Shown: positions 38,060 to 45,023 of the stretch, one piece after another | Layout of the letters: each line of letters starts with the position of its first letter | How positions within the stretch are numbered: position 1 is the first letter of the stretch | Program-made: the position numbers and the translations under genes | The notes under the pieces: model-generated | Told to the model about the DNA's origin: nothing | Seen by the model: the letters and a program-made list of their open reading frames with translations, nothing else | The model's database searches: none | Origin: Betaproteobacteria bacterium | GTDB lineage: Bacteria > Pseudomonadota > Gammaproteobacteria > Burkholderiales > SG8-41 | Direction: 5' to 3' | DNA: 45,023 nucleotides | Assembly (NCBI GenBank): GCA_016183675.1 | Contig: JACPEF010000227.1 | Location: forward strand, 1 to 45,023

Positions 38060-38088
38060 TATGCCTGCGCCAAACGAGGAGGATTACC

Positions 38089-39084
38089 ATGGACTACACT
38101 CTGAAACCAGCAGTCCTGTTCGCGCTCGCCGCATCGTGTTTTCTGCACCAGGGATTGGCAACGGCGGCCGAGGCCGGGAAAGAGTATCCCAGCAAGCCGA
38201 TTCGCTTCGTCATCGCTCAAACACCCGGGTCGTCGATCGACACCATGAGCCGGGTGATCGCCACCAAGATGAGCGAACTGCTGGGTCAGCAGCTGGTGGT
38301 GGACAACCGCACCGGGGCGGGCGGCACCATCGCAGGCGAGATCGTCGCGCATTCGACGCCTGACGGGCACACGCTGTTTGCCTCCGCCACCGCATCTCAG
38401 GTCATCGGACCCCAGCTCTACAAGAAACTCGTCAAATACGATCCGCACAAGGATTTCACGCCGATCTCGCTGTTCGCGATCACGCAGAATGTGCTGGTGG
38501 TCAACCCCGGCGCTCCGATCAAGAACGTGAAGGACCTGATCGCCTATGCCAAGGCGAATCCCGGAAAGCTCAATTGGGCGAACGCCGGCACCGGGTTCCA
38601 GAGCCATCTCGCGGGCGTGCTGTTCACGCACCTGGCGAAGATCGACGTGCTGCATGTGCCCTACAAGGGCGCCGGCGCGTCGGTGGGTGCGGTGATTTCC
38701 AACGAGTCGCAGCTCATGATCGCGCCCGCCCCCGCGTTGATGGTGCACGTGCAGGCGGGGCGGCTGCGCGCGCTGGCCATGGGGGGCGAGAAGCGCTCGC
38801 CGCTTACGCCCGAGCTTCCCACCATCATCGAATCCGGGGTGCCAGGTTATGTATCCGCCGGGTGGGCCGGTCTGGCGGCCCCCGCGGGCGTGCCCAAATC
38901 CATACTCGCGAAGCTGCACGCCACGCTCGTCAAGACAGTGAACGATCCAGCGACCAGCGATGCGTTGAAGCGCGTAGGCGCGGAGCCGCTCACGAGCACG
39001 CCCGCAGAGTTCGCCAAGCTCATCAAGGAGGAATGGGTGCGTTTCGGCGACGCGATCCGCATCGCCAACCTCAAGGTGGATTGA
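38089..39084 (+). CDS. Bug/TctC-family periplasmic solute-binding protein (8 of 10)
   Basis: ATG at 38089 after GAGGAGGATTACC. MDYTLKPAVLFALAASCFLHQGLATAAEAGKEYPSKPIRFVIAQTPGSSID. The upstream part of ORF 37996.. is MITE sequence. Confidence 0.9.
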   Translation: MDYTLKPAVLFALAASCFLHQGLATAAEAGKEYPSKPIRFVIAQTPGSSIDTMSRVIATKMSELLGQQLVVDNRTGAGGTIAGEIVAHSTPDGHTLFASATASQVIGPQLYKKLVKYDPHKDFTPISLFAITQNVLVVNPGAPIKNVKDLIAYAKANPGKLNWANAGTGFQSHLAGVLFTHLAKIDVLHVPYKGAGASVGAVISNESQLMIAPAPALMVHVQAGRLRALAMGGEKRSPLTPELPTIIESGVPGYVSAGWAGLAAPAGVPKSILAKLHATLVKTVNDPATSDALKRVGAEPLTSTPAEFAKLIKEEWVRFGDAIRIANLKVD

Positions 39085-39085
39085 C

Positions 39086-39148
39086 GAGTTCACGAAGGTC
39101 ATCAGGAGCGAGCTCGTGAAATTGGGCAAGGTCATCAAGGAATCGGGG
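39086..39148 (+). pseudogene. Very short 3' relic (about 21 codons) of another Bug/TctC-family gene, directly after the intact gene's stop
   Basis: Translation EFTKVIRSELVKLGKVIKESG matches the family C-terminal consensus (EF..(F/V)I..E..KW.KVIK..G). It is followed by the GC hairpin GCGCGGGCC-N8-GGCCCGCGC (39148-39173). Short, so the call is tentative. Confidence 0.45.
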
Positions 39149-39270
39149 CGCGGGCCGAGCAGCAGGCCCGCGCTTGCGTTCCGCAGCGCCATGGGTCAAA
39201 CTCGTTTTCAGAACAACGGGGCGCCCAGGCGGAGCCCCCGGATCCCGCAACGACCAAGAAGGAGACAATC

Positions 39271-40236
39271 ATGAGACAGTTCGCAGCCGGCCTTGCGCTG
39301 GCACTCGCAGTCGTCCCGGCCGCAGTCCTGGGACAGGCGTATCCCACCAAAGCGATCCGCGTGGTTGTGCCGTTCTCGCCCGGGGGGACCTCCGACATCA
39401 TCGGGCGCACGCTCGGGCAAAAGCTCAGCGAGGCGTGGGGCCAGCCGGTAATCATGGACAACCGCGCGGGCGTCGCCGGCAGCCTCGGCGCGGCGATTGC
39501 GGCGAAATCACCCCCCGACGGCTACACTCTGCTGGTCGGCAACGTCGGCCCGATAGCCGTCAACAATCAGATCTACAAGTCGGTCGGCTACGACTCGCTC
39601 AAGGATTTCACGCCGATCACGCTGGCCGTGACAGCGCCGCAGATCGTCGTGGTCCACCCGTCCGTGCCGGTGAAAACGTTCAGGGAATTCAACGCGCTGG
39701 TGAAAAAGCACTCGGGCAAGATTAACTACGGCTCCAGCGGGCCGGGAAGCATTTCGATGCTCTCGGCCGAACTCTACAAGCGCACGACCAAGACGGACAT
39801 GTTGCACGTGCCGTTCAAGGCCTCGGCGCTGATCACGATCGCGCTGCTGGCGGGCGAGATAGACGTCGTGTTCTCCGACATGGCGGTGGTGCTGCCGCAC
39901 GTCCAGGCCGGCAGGCTGCGGGCGCTTGCGGTCACCGGGCCCAAGCCGACCCCGCTGGTTCCCGGCCTGCCTACCGTTGCCGAATCGGGGGTACCGGGCT
40001 TCGTGATGACCAGCTGGTGGGGCATGTTCGGGCCGGCCGGCCTGCCCCAGCCGATCGTCACGAGGCTCAACACGGAGCTGACGCGCATCCTGCGGCTTGC
40101 CGACGTTCAGAAGACCTTCGCCACCCTCGGCGTGGACGCCACGACCAGCACGCCGGAGGAGCTGGGAGCCTTCGTCAAGTCCGAAGTCCCCAGATACGCC
40201 AAGCTCATCGAGCAGATCGGCATCCCGAAGCAGTAA
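39271..40236 (+). CDS. Bug/TctC-family periplasmic solute-binding protein (9 of 10)
   Basis: 321-aa ORF with AAGGAGACAATC RBS. MRQFAAGLALALAVVPAAVLGQAYPTKAIRVVVPFSPGGTSD. Confidence 0.9.
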   Translation: MRQFAAGLALALAVVPAAVLGQAYPTKAIRVVVPFSPGGTSDIIGRTLGQKLSEAWGQPVIMDNRAGVAGSLGAAIAAKSPPDGYTLLVGNVGPIAVNNQIYKSVGYDSLKDFTPITLAVTAPQIVVVHPSVPVKTFREFNALVKKHSGKINYGSSGPGSISMLSAELYKRTTKTDMLHVPFKASALITIALLAGEIDVVFSDMAVVLPHVQAGRLRALAVTGPKPTPLVPGLPTVAESGVPGFVMTSWWGMFGPAGLPQPIVTRLNTELTRILRLADVQKTFATLGVDATTSTPEELGAFVKSEVPRYAKLIEQIGIPKQ

Positions 40237-40252
40237 GGCGCGGCTGAAATTA

Positions 40253-40278
40253 GCCGCCAAGGCGCCAAGCACGCCAAG
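40253..40278 (+). repeat. CGCCAAG array (type III module, partial copy)
   Basis: GCCGCCAAGGCGCCAAGCACGCCAAG, 17 nt after the stop of the upstream + gene. Same position and near-identical sequence as 11353-11378. Confidence 0.6.
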
Positions 40279-40312
40279 AAAAACTGATCTCAATAACAAC
40301 AGGAAAAACAAA

Positions 40313-40346
40313 ACGGCGCTGCGGAGTCCGCAGCGCCGTTTTTTTT
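40313..40346. terminator. Strong rho-independent terminator between convergent Bug genes (probably bidirectional)
   Basis: ACGGCGCTGCGG-AGT-CCGCAGCGCCGT (12-bp stem) followed by eight T on the plus strand. On the minus strand the same stem is followed by TTTTGTTTTT. Confidence 0.85.
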
Positions 40347-40519
40347 GGAAGTGCCAGCGACTCGTCACCTGTTACTTATCACGCTTTCTCCTCATCCCTG
40401 GTCTACGACCCCGGCCCGCCGCGCTGCATCGCGTCGGGCGTTCGCCGGCTCGAACGTGCGCAGGCACGTTCTTCGAAACCCCGGCTTACCCCTCCGCCCT
40501 CATCCCTCGGCAGCTCCCG

Positions 40520-41515
40520 TCACTGAGGTTGTATTCCCGCCTCCTTGATGAGCTTCGCGTAGCGCACGTTCTCCGATCGGAGCAGCTTCATGAAGGCCTC
40601 GGGCGACGAGGTCTCGATCGGGTCCGCGCCCTGGGTGAGGAAACGCTGCTTCGTCAGCGGATCGCGCAAGACGGAGTTGATATCCCTGGCGAGCCTGTTG
40701 ACCAGCGGCTTCGGCGTGCCCGCAGGCACGAACATGCCGAACCAGGCGACGTGCTCCGCGGCGGGCAGCCCGGCTTCCGCGACTGTCGGCACCTCGGGTA
40801 GCGCGGGGATGCGCCTGGGCGGCGTCACGGCGAGCGCGCGCACGCGCCCGTCCTTCACCATCGGCACCGCCGCCGGCGCGGCGAACACGAAGAAGTGCGT
40901 GCGCCCGGAGAAGAGGTCGGACCAGCCGTCGGCCAGGATCTTGTACGGGACGTGCACCGTTTGCAGGTTCGCGGCGCGGGCGACGATCTCTCCGCCAAAG
41001 TGGGCGATCGAGCCGACGCCCACCGAAGCGTAGTTGAGCTGGCCCGGACGCGCTCTCGCGTAGGCGATGAATTCCTGCAAGGTCTTCGGGGGGAGTTGGT
41101 TCGACACGCCGACGATATTGGGGATGCTGGCGATTTGCAGGAGCGGGGCGCCGTCCCTGAACGGGTCGTACGGCGGCTTTTTTTGCAGCATCGGGGAGGT
41201 GAGATAGGGCTGGGCGAACAGCCCGATGGTGTGGCCGTCCGGTGTCGCCTGCAGCACGATCGGCGTGCCCACCAGCCCGCCCGCGCCGGGGCGGTTGTCC
41301 ACCACCACCTGCACTTTGTAGAGGTCGGTGAGCGCGGCGCCAATGGTGCGCCCGAGGAAGTCGCTCGCGGTGCCCGGGGGGAACGGCACCACCAGGCGGA
41401 TCGGCTTGTTCGGGAAAGCCTGTCCCGAGCTTGTCGAAGGAGCAAGCCCTGCGGCGGTCGCCGCGGCCAGCAGGACCGCAAGGCCTGCTGCTTTCAACGC
41501 GCGCTGGAAGTGCAT
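40520..41515 (-). CDS. Bug/TctC-family periplasmic solute-binding protein (10 of 10)
   Basis: 331-aa ORF with GAGGAGGAGGG RBS. MHFQRALKAAGLAVLLAAATAAGLAPSTSSGQAFPNKPIRLVVPFPPGTASD. Confidence 0.9.
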   Translation of the reverse strand: MHFQRALKAAGLAVLLAAATAAGLAPSTSSGQAFPNKPIRLVVPFPPGTASDFLGRTIGAALTDLYKVQVVVDNRPGAGGLVGTPIVLQATPDGHTIGLFAQPYLTSPMLQKKPPYDPFRDGAPLLQIASIPNIVGVSNQLPPKTLQEFIAYARARPGQLNYASVGVGSIAHFGGEIVARAANLQTVHVPYKILADGWSDLFSGRTHFFVFAAPAAVPMVKDGRVRALAVTPPRRIPALPEVPTVAEAGLPAAEHVAWFGMFVPAGTPKPLVNRLARDINSVLRDPLTKQRFLTQGADPIETSSPEAFMKLLRSENVRYAKLIKEAGIQPQ

Positions 41516-41544
41516 GGTCCCTCCTCCTCTTGGCTAGAATCCCT

Positions 41545-41583
41545 GAGTCGTGAGCCGTTAACCAGTCACTGGTCACTGGTCGC
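41545..41583. repeat. GTCACTG heptamer array upstream of the Bug gene
   Basis: GAGTCGTGAGCCGTTAACCAGTCACTGGTCACTGGTCGC. Confidence 0.55.
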
Positions 41584-41682
41584 AGCGCCCAATGTGCCGC
41601 ATAGGGTAGACCGCCTCCCCCTCCCGCGCAAACTCTGATGAGGCGTGGCCCGTGACGACGTAAAGCCTTTCACCCATTCAAT

Positions 41683-41730
41683 CGTTCACCCGTTCATCGT
41701 TCCGCGTTCATCGTTCATCGTTGCCCGTCA
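41683..41730 (-). repeat. CGTTCAT (GATGAAC) heptamer array starting at the DUF1330 gene stop
   Basis: CGTTCACCCGTTCATCGTTCCGCGTTCATCGTTCATCGTTGCCCGTCA. The stop (41728-41730) is the last unit on the plus strand. Confidence 0.65.
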
Positions 41731-42033
41731 GGGCGTGGCGTCGCCCGATTCCACGATCACCTGCTCGACCTCGCTCACGCCAGGCGCCCGGCGGAACGCG
41801 GCGGCTTCCTGGTACTCGGGCGAGGCGTGGCACGTCACCGCCTGCTCGAGCGAGGAAAACTCCACCACGGCGTAGCGGTTGAACCGGTCGGTGCCTTCCA
41901 TGACCTGGTAGCGCCCGCCGCGCGCGAGCGGCTTGCCGCCGTATTTCTTGAGGATATCCGGGACGCGGTCGGTGTATTTCTTGTACTCGACGGGGTCGTT
42001 GATCCTGGCGCGGGCGATCCAGTATGCGGGCAC
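41728..42033 (-). CDS. DUF1330-family protein
   Basis: GTG at 42033 after AAGGAGAGAAAA. VPAYWIARARINDPVEYKKYTDRVPDILKKYGGKPLARGG...AVVEFSSLEQAVTCHASPEYQEA is typical of DUF1330. The longer ORF to 42150 runs through a repeat array. Confidence 0.8.
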   Translation of the reverse strand: MPAYWIARARINDPVEYKKYTDRVPDILKKYGGKPLARGGRYQVMEGTDRFNRYAVVEFSSLEQAVTCHASPEYQEAAAFRRAPGVSEVEQVIVESGDATP

Positions 42034-42050
42034 TTTTCTCTCCTTGAAAA

Positions 42051-42084
42051 GCGTGATTCGTGAATCGTGATTCGTGATTCGACG
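42051..42084. repeat. GTGATTC heptamer array between dctM and the DUF1330 gene
   Basis: GCGTGATTCGTGAATCGTGATTCGTGATTCGACG. Confidence 0.65.
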
Positions 42085-42168
42085 CCGGGTCAGGCTCCCC
42101 TTGCCGGCGCGGCGACCAGGAGACCATGCAGGAACCGACTCATGACTCACCCCCCACGACTCACGCCT

Positions 42169-43542
42169 TCAGAACATCAGTTTTGGCAGGAAGGTGGCGA
42201 TTGCGGGGAAGAACGCGACCAGGACGACGGCGAGCAGCAGCACCACCCAGTACGGCGTCGAGCTCCAGAAGATGCTCCAGATGGAAATGTCCTTGTCGTC
42301 GATCGCCGATTTGACCGTGAAGACCAGGAGTCCAAAAGGCGGGGTCAGCAGGCCCGCCTCGATCGCGAGGACGCCGATCACGGCGAAGGCAATCGAATCG
42401 AAGCCGACCGCGACCGCGATGGGCTCGAAGATGATGACCGTCAGCAGCATGATCGAGATGGAATCGATAAACATGCCGAGCACGAACCAGATCCCGACCA
42501 TGATCGCCAGGATCACCGCGGGCGTGAGACCGGCGCCCAGGAACGCGTCCTGGATCGCGTTGGTCACGCCCGTCATCGCCAGGGTGCGCGCGTAAAGCGA
42601 CGCCATGACGAGCAGGATCAGGATCGGCGCCGAGGTCCGTCCCACCGACAGGACGCACTGGATGATCTCGCGAAAGCGCATGCCCTTGACGATGCCGAGG
42701 ATGAGGGCGATAAAGGCGCCCGCCCCGGCGCCCTCGGTCGGCGTGAAGAAGCCGAACCAGATTCCGCCCAGCACCGTCACGACGACGAGCACGATGCCGA
42801 GCGTGCTGGTCCACAGCGAGAACCGGTCCACCGCCTCGAGAAGGTCCGCTGGCGACGGCACGGCCGGTGCAGGGTTTTCAGCGACCGCTGGCGCCACGGC
42901 CGCGGAGGCCCGGCCGGCGCCGACGACTTCGGGACGCAGGATCGCCACTGCGAGAATGTAGAGGCAGAACAGGCCCGCCACCATGAGCCCGGGGATCACG
43001 CCGGCGAGAAACAGCGCGCCGATGGATTTCTCCGTCAGGATGCCCCACACGATCATCAGCACGCTGGGCGGGATCAGCATCCCGAGACAGGAAGAGCCGG
43101 CGATGGTGCCGAGAGCGAATGTGCGGCGGTAGCCGTGGCGCTTCATCTCCGGATAGGAGATGCGCGAGAACGCCGCGGCGGACGCGATGCTCACCCCCGT
43201 CACCAGCGAAAATAGCGCGTTGCCGAGCACGGTTGCGAGCGCAAGACGCCCGGGGATCCGCCTCAGTCCCCGGTTGATGCCCTTGTAGACGTCCGTCACC
43301 GCCCCCGACCGGGCGATGAACTCGCCCATCAGCATGAACAGCGGAATGACCGCGAATACGTAATCGCGCAGGGCTTCATAGGCCGTGCTCGCCAGCATGC
43401 GCTCGACGACGCCGAAGTTGCCGGTGATGAGATAGACGCCGAGCGCGCTCGCCATGCCGAGGGCGACGGCGATGTGCACGCCCATCACCACCATGACGAT
43501 GAGGCTGGCGAACAGCACCACCGCGATATTGACTTCGAACAC
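42169..43542 (-). CDS. dctM: TRAP transporter large permease subunit (DctM family)
   Basis: 457-aa ORF with GTG start. MFEVNIAVVLFASLIVMVVMGVHIAVALGMASALG and many hydrophobic segments typical of DctM. Contains a Pro/Ala-rich loop insertion (GRASAAVAPAVAENPAPAVPSPAD). Confidence 0.9.
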   Translation of the reverse strand: MFEVNIAVVLFASLIVMVVMGVHIAVALGMASALGVYLITGNFGVVERMLASTAYEALRDYVFAVIPLFMLMGEFIARSGAVTDVYKGINRGLRRIPGRLALATVLGNALFSLVTGVSIASAAAFSRISYPEMKRHGYRRTFALGTIAGSSCLGMLIPPSVLMIVWGILTEKSIGALFLAGVIPGLMVAGLFCLYILAVAILRPEVVGAGRASAAVAPAVAENPAPAVPSPADLLEAVDRFSLWTSTLGIVLVVVTVLGGIWFGFFTPTEGAGAGAFIALILGIVKGMRFREIIQCVLSVGRTSAPILILLVMASLYARTLAMTGVTNAIQDAFLGAGLTPAVILAIMVGIWFVLGMFIDSISIMLLTVIIFEPIAVAVGFDSIAFAVIGVLAIEAGLLTPPFGLLVFTVKSAIDDKDISIWSIFWSSTPYWVVLLLAVVLVAFFPAIATFLPKLMF

Positions 43543-43563
43543 GGCTCCGGCCCCTTACGGCTC

Positions 43564-44109
43564 TCAGCTCTTCTTCGGCGTCTCGTCCGCGTCGGCGAAG
43601 CCTTGCCCGCCGTCGTCGAACCCGAGGACGTCGATCAGGGCCGCGACGACGTAGTTCACGATGGCGAGCGCGCAGCCGATGAGGATCATGAAACGGGTGG
43701 GCCACACGGGCACGCGCAGAGCGCCCTCTCCCCAGAACTCGGACGAGGTCCAGGAATAGACGGCCGGGCTGATGGTCCCCCGCAGGATCATGAGAAAAAG
43801 CACGAGGCCCAGCGCATAGCCGACGGCCAGTGCGACCCGCCGCATCGTGACCGGCATTGCGTACAGCAGCGTGTCGGAGCGCAGCATCGAATGGCTGCGG
43901 ATGGCGTAGCCGAGCTGCAGGTAGACGATCATGACGATCGAGCTGATGACGATTTCCCGCACGCCGGGGATGGCATGTCCGTACAGGTTGTTGCCGAAGA
44001 TGTCGGCCACGATCAGCACGGAGAGGCCCATGGCCCAGACGGCAGCGAGAATCATCAGGAATTTCGACAACTGGTCGCTGAACCGGATGATGTAGCGAAC
44101 CACGGGCAT
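43564..44109 (-). CDS. dctQ: TRAP transporter small permease subunit (DctQ family)
   Basis: ATG at 44109 (MPVVRYIIRFSDQLSKFLMILAAVWAMGLSVLIVADIF). About 181 aa with four hydrophobic helices. Lies between dctP and dctM. Confidence 0.85.
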   Translation of the reverse strand: MPVVRYIIRFSDQLSKFLMILAAVWAMGLSVLIVADIFGNNLYGHAIPGVREIVISSIVMIVYLQLGYAIRSHSMLRSDTLLYAMPVTMRRVALAVGYALGLVLFLMILRGTISPAVYSWTSSEFWGEGALRVPVWPTRFMILIGCALAIVNYVVAALIDVLGFDDGGQGFADADETPKKS

Positions 44110-44285
44110 GGGCTGCTCCGGAAGACGAGGGTGGCGGGTCTCGAAGGGCTGCGCCCGCCGGTCAGCTGGCAGACGGCGTCGACCGGCGGCGGAGCGGCTC
44201 CGGCGCAAAGCCCGCGCGAGCGGCCGACACGGCCCGCCTCAACCGCACCGGCCGCAACCGCGGGAGAAACCGATCAATCCGGGCG

Positions 44286-45023
44286 CTACTTGATCTCGTA
44301 GCGATAGGGCCACTTGTGGCCGTGCTTCTCCGCCGCGTCCAGCGTCAGCCTCAGAATCCGGGTCGCCGGCAGGCCCTTGCCGTCGAGCTCCTTGGCGTAC
44401 GCGGGCGGCCAGTCCTTGAGCGCCTTGGCCCAGTCCGCGCGCACTGCGGAATCGATCGCGTTCACCTTGATCAAGCCGCGCAGCGTGCTGATGTCCTTCT
44501 CGTAGCGCGCGCGGTTGACCTTGCCCACCTGCTCCTCGAAGTCCTTCGCGGTCTCGAGCATGATGGCTTGCACTTCCTTGGGCAGGCGCTTCCAGGTGTT
44601 CAGGTTGATCGTGAGACCGTGCCAGGTGATCGTGCCGAAGCCGATCAGCGTGTAAAAGGGTCCCACCTCGTGGAGCTTGAGATTGACCCAGGCGCTGGGG
44701 AACATGATCCAGCCGTCATACACCCGGGTCTGCATGCTCGTGTAGGCCTCCGGCAGTGAGCTCTGAACCGGAGTCACGCCAGCATACTTCAGCCAGTTGA
44801 GATTGAGGCCCGCTCCGGCAACCTTGCGGCCCTTCAGGTCGGTGAGCGACTTCCATTCGAAGTTGGTGCCGAGGTTGTAGCTCGAGTCGGTAATCCGGGC
44901 GAGGAGCCTCTGGTTGAACTTCTCCTCGAAGACTTTCGTCAGATAAGGAACCTTCGCATAGACGTCCTGCGCAACTCTCAGGCTGTCGATCGGATCGACG
45001 GGGCCGAAGGGCAGCATGACCTG
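44286..45023 (-). CDS. dctP: TRAP transporter substrate-binding subunit (DctP family), 5' end outside the window
   Basis: The frame stays open beyond the listed ATG (codons GTC, CAG at 45018-45023). About 245 aa visible, fewer than the 330-370 aa typical of the family. Position upstream of dctQM supports the call. Confidence 0.8.
   Translation of the reverse strand, partial: QVMLPFGPVDPIDSLRVAQDVYAKVPYLTKVFEEKFNQRLLARITDSSYNLGTNFEWKSLTDLKGRKVAGAGLNLNWLKYAGVTPVQSSLPEAYTSMQTRVYDGWIMFPSAWVNLKLHEVGPFYTLIGFGTITWHGLTINLNTWKRLPKEVQAIMLETAKDFEEQVGKVNRARYEKDISTLRGLIKVNAIDSAVRADWAKALKDWPPAYAKELDGKGLPATRILRLTLDAAEKHGHKWPYRYEIK

Noticed and set aside
9839-41515. Integron-like cassette array (hairpin-flanked Bug genes)
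   Set aside because: Gene orientations are mixed. There is no intI integrase or attI. The hairpins lack the R''/L''-L'/R' attC organisation.
42067-43215. 382-aa plus-strand ORF, and similar ORFs at 8261..9661, 25645..27012, 26976..28220, 29305..30549 and 32855..33922
   Set aside because: All are antisense to well-supported genes and have highly biased Arg/Asp/Gly/His composition. They are high-GC artefacts.

Overview
45,023-bp high-GC bacterial chromosomal segment. The 60-nt lines I hand-counted are about 65-70% GC, except a 45-55% GC left edge (1-840) and small AT-rich intergenic patches. I support about 41 protein-coding genes. I found no rRNA, tRNA, CRISPR array, integrase or transposase. 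All family names come from motifs I recognise by eye; no similarity search was run. I cannot assign a taxon; the content resembles a soil or aquatic Burkholderiales-like or Rokubacteria-like genome. Coding content: (i) an oxyR / ahpC-ahpD peroxide-stress locus with a Cys-rich small protein downstream. (ii) Ten intact paralogous Bug/TctC-type periplasmic solute-binding proteins plus three or four 3' relics of the same family, with no tctA/tctB permease genes. (iii) Catabolic enzymes interleaved with them: two CocE/NonD hydrolases, two alpha/beta hydrolases, a SelA-like PLP enzyme, two SDRs, an isocitrate/isopropylmalate-dehydrogenase-family enzyme, a LigI-like amidohydrolase and a carboxymuconolactone-decarboxylase-family protein. 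(iv) A divergent cspA / infA pair. (v) A dctPQM TRAP transporter plus a DUF1330 gene at the right edge. (vi) A single-polypeptide wHTH + GHKL-ATPase + STAS-like (DUF4325) regulator. The most unusual signal is non-coding. Nearly every intergenic region is built from a small vocabulary of 7-8 nt tandem-repeat modules (GTGACN, GTTCAAR/GAACCTN, GGGAGATC/CTCACGCN, CCTTCTG, CGCCAAG, CACAGAG). These recur as defined composite elements in a fixed order, usually oriented with the flanking genes and often starting at the stop codon. Superimposed on these are two MITE families (one with 26-bp TIRs and a perfect 9-bp target duplication), REP-like palindromes, and displaced 3' gene ends that indicate repeated gene replacement or insertion.
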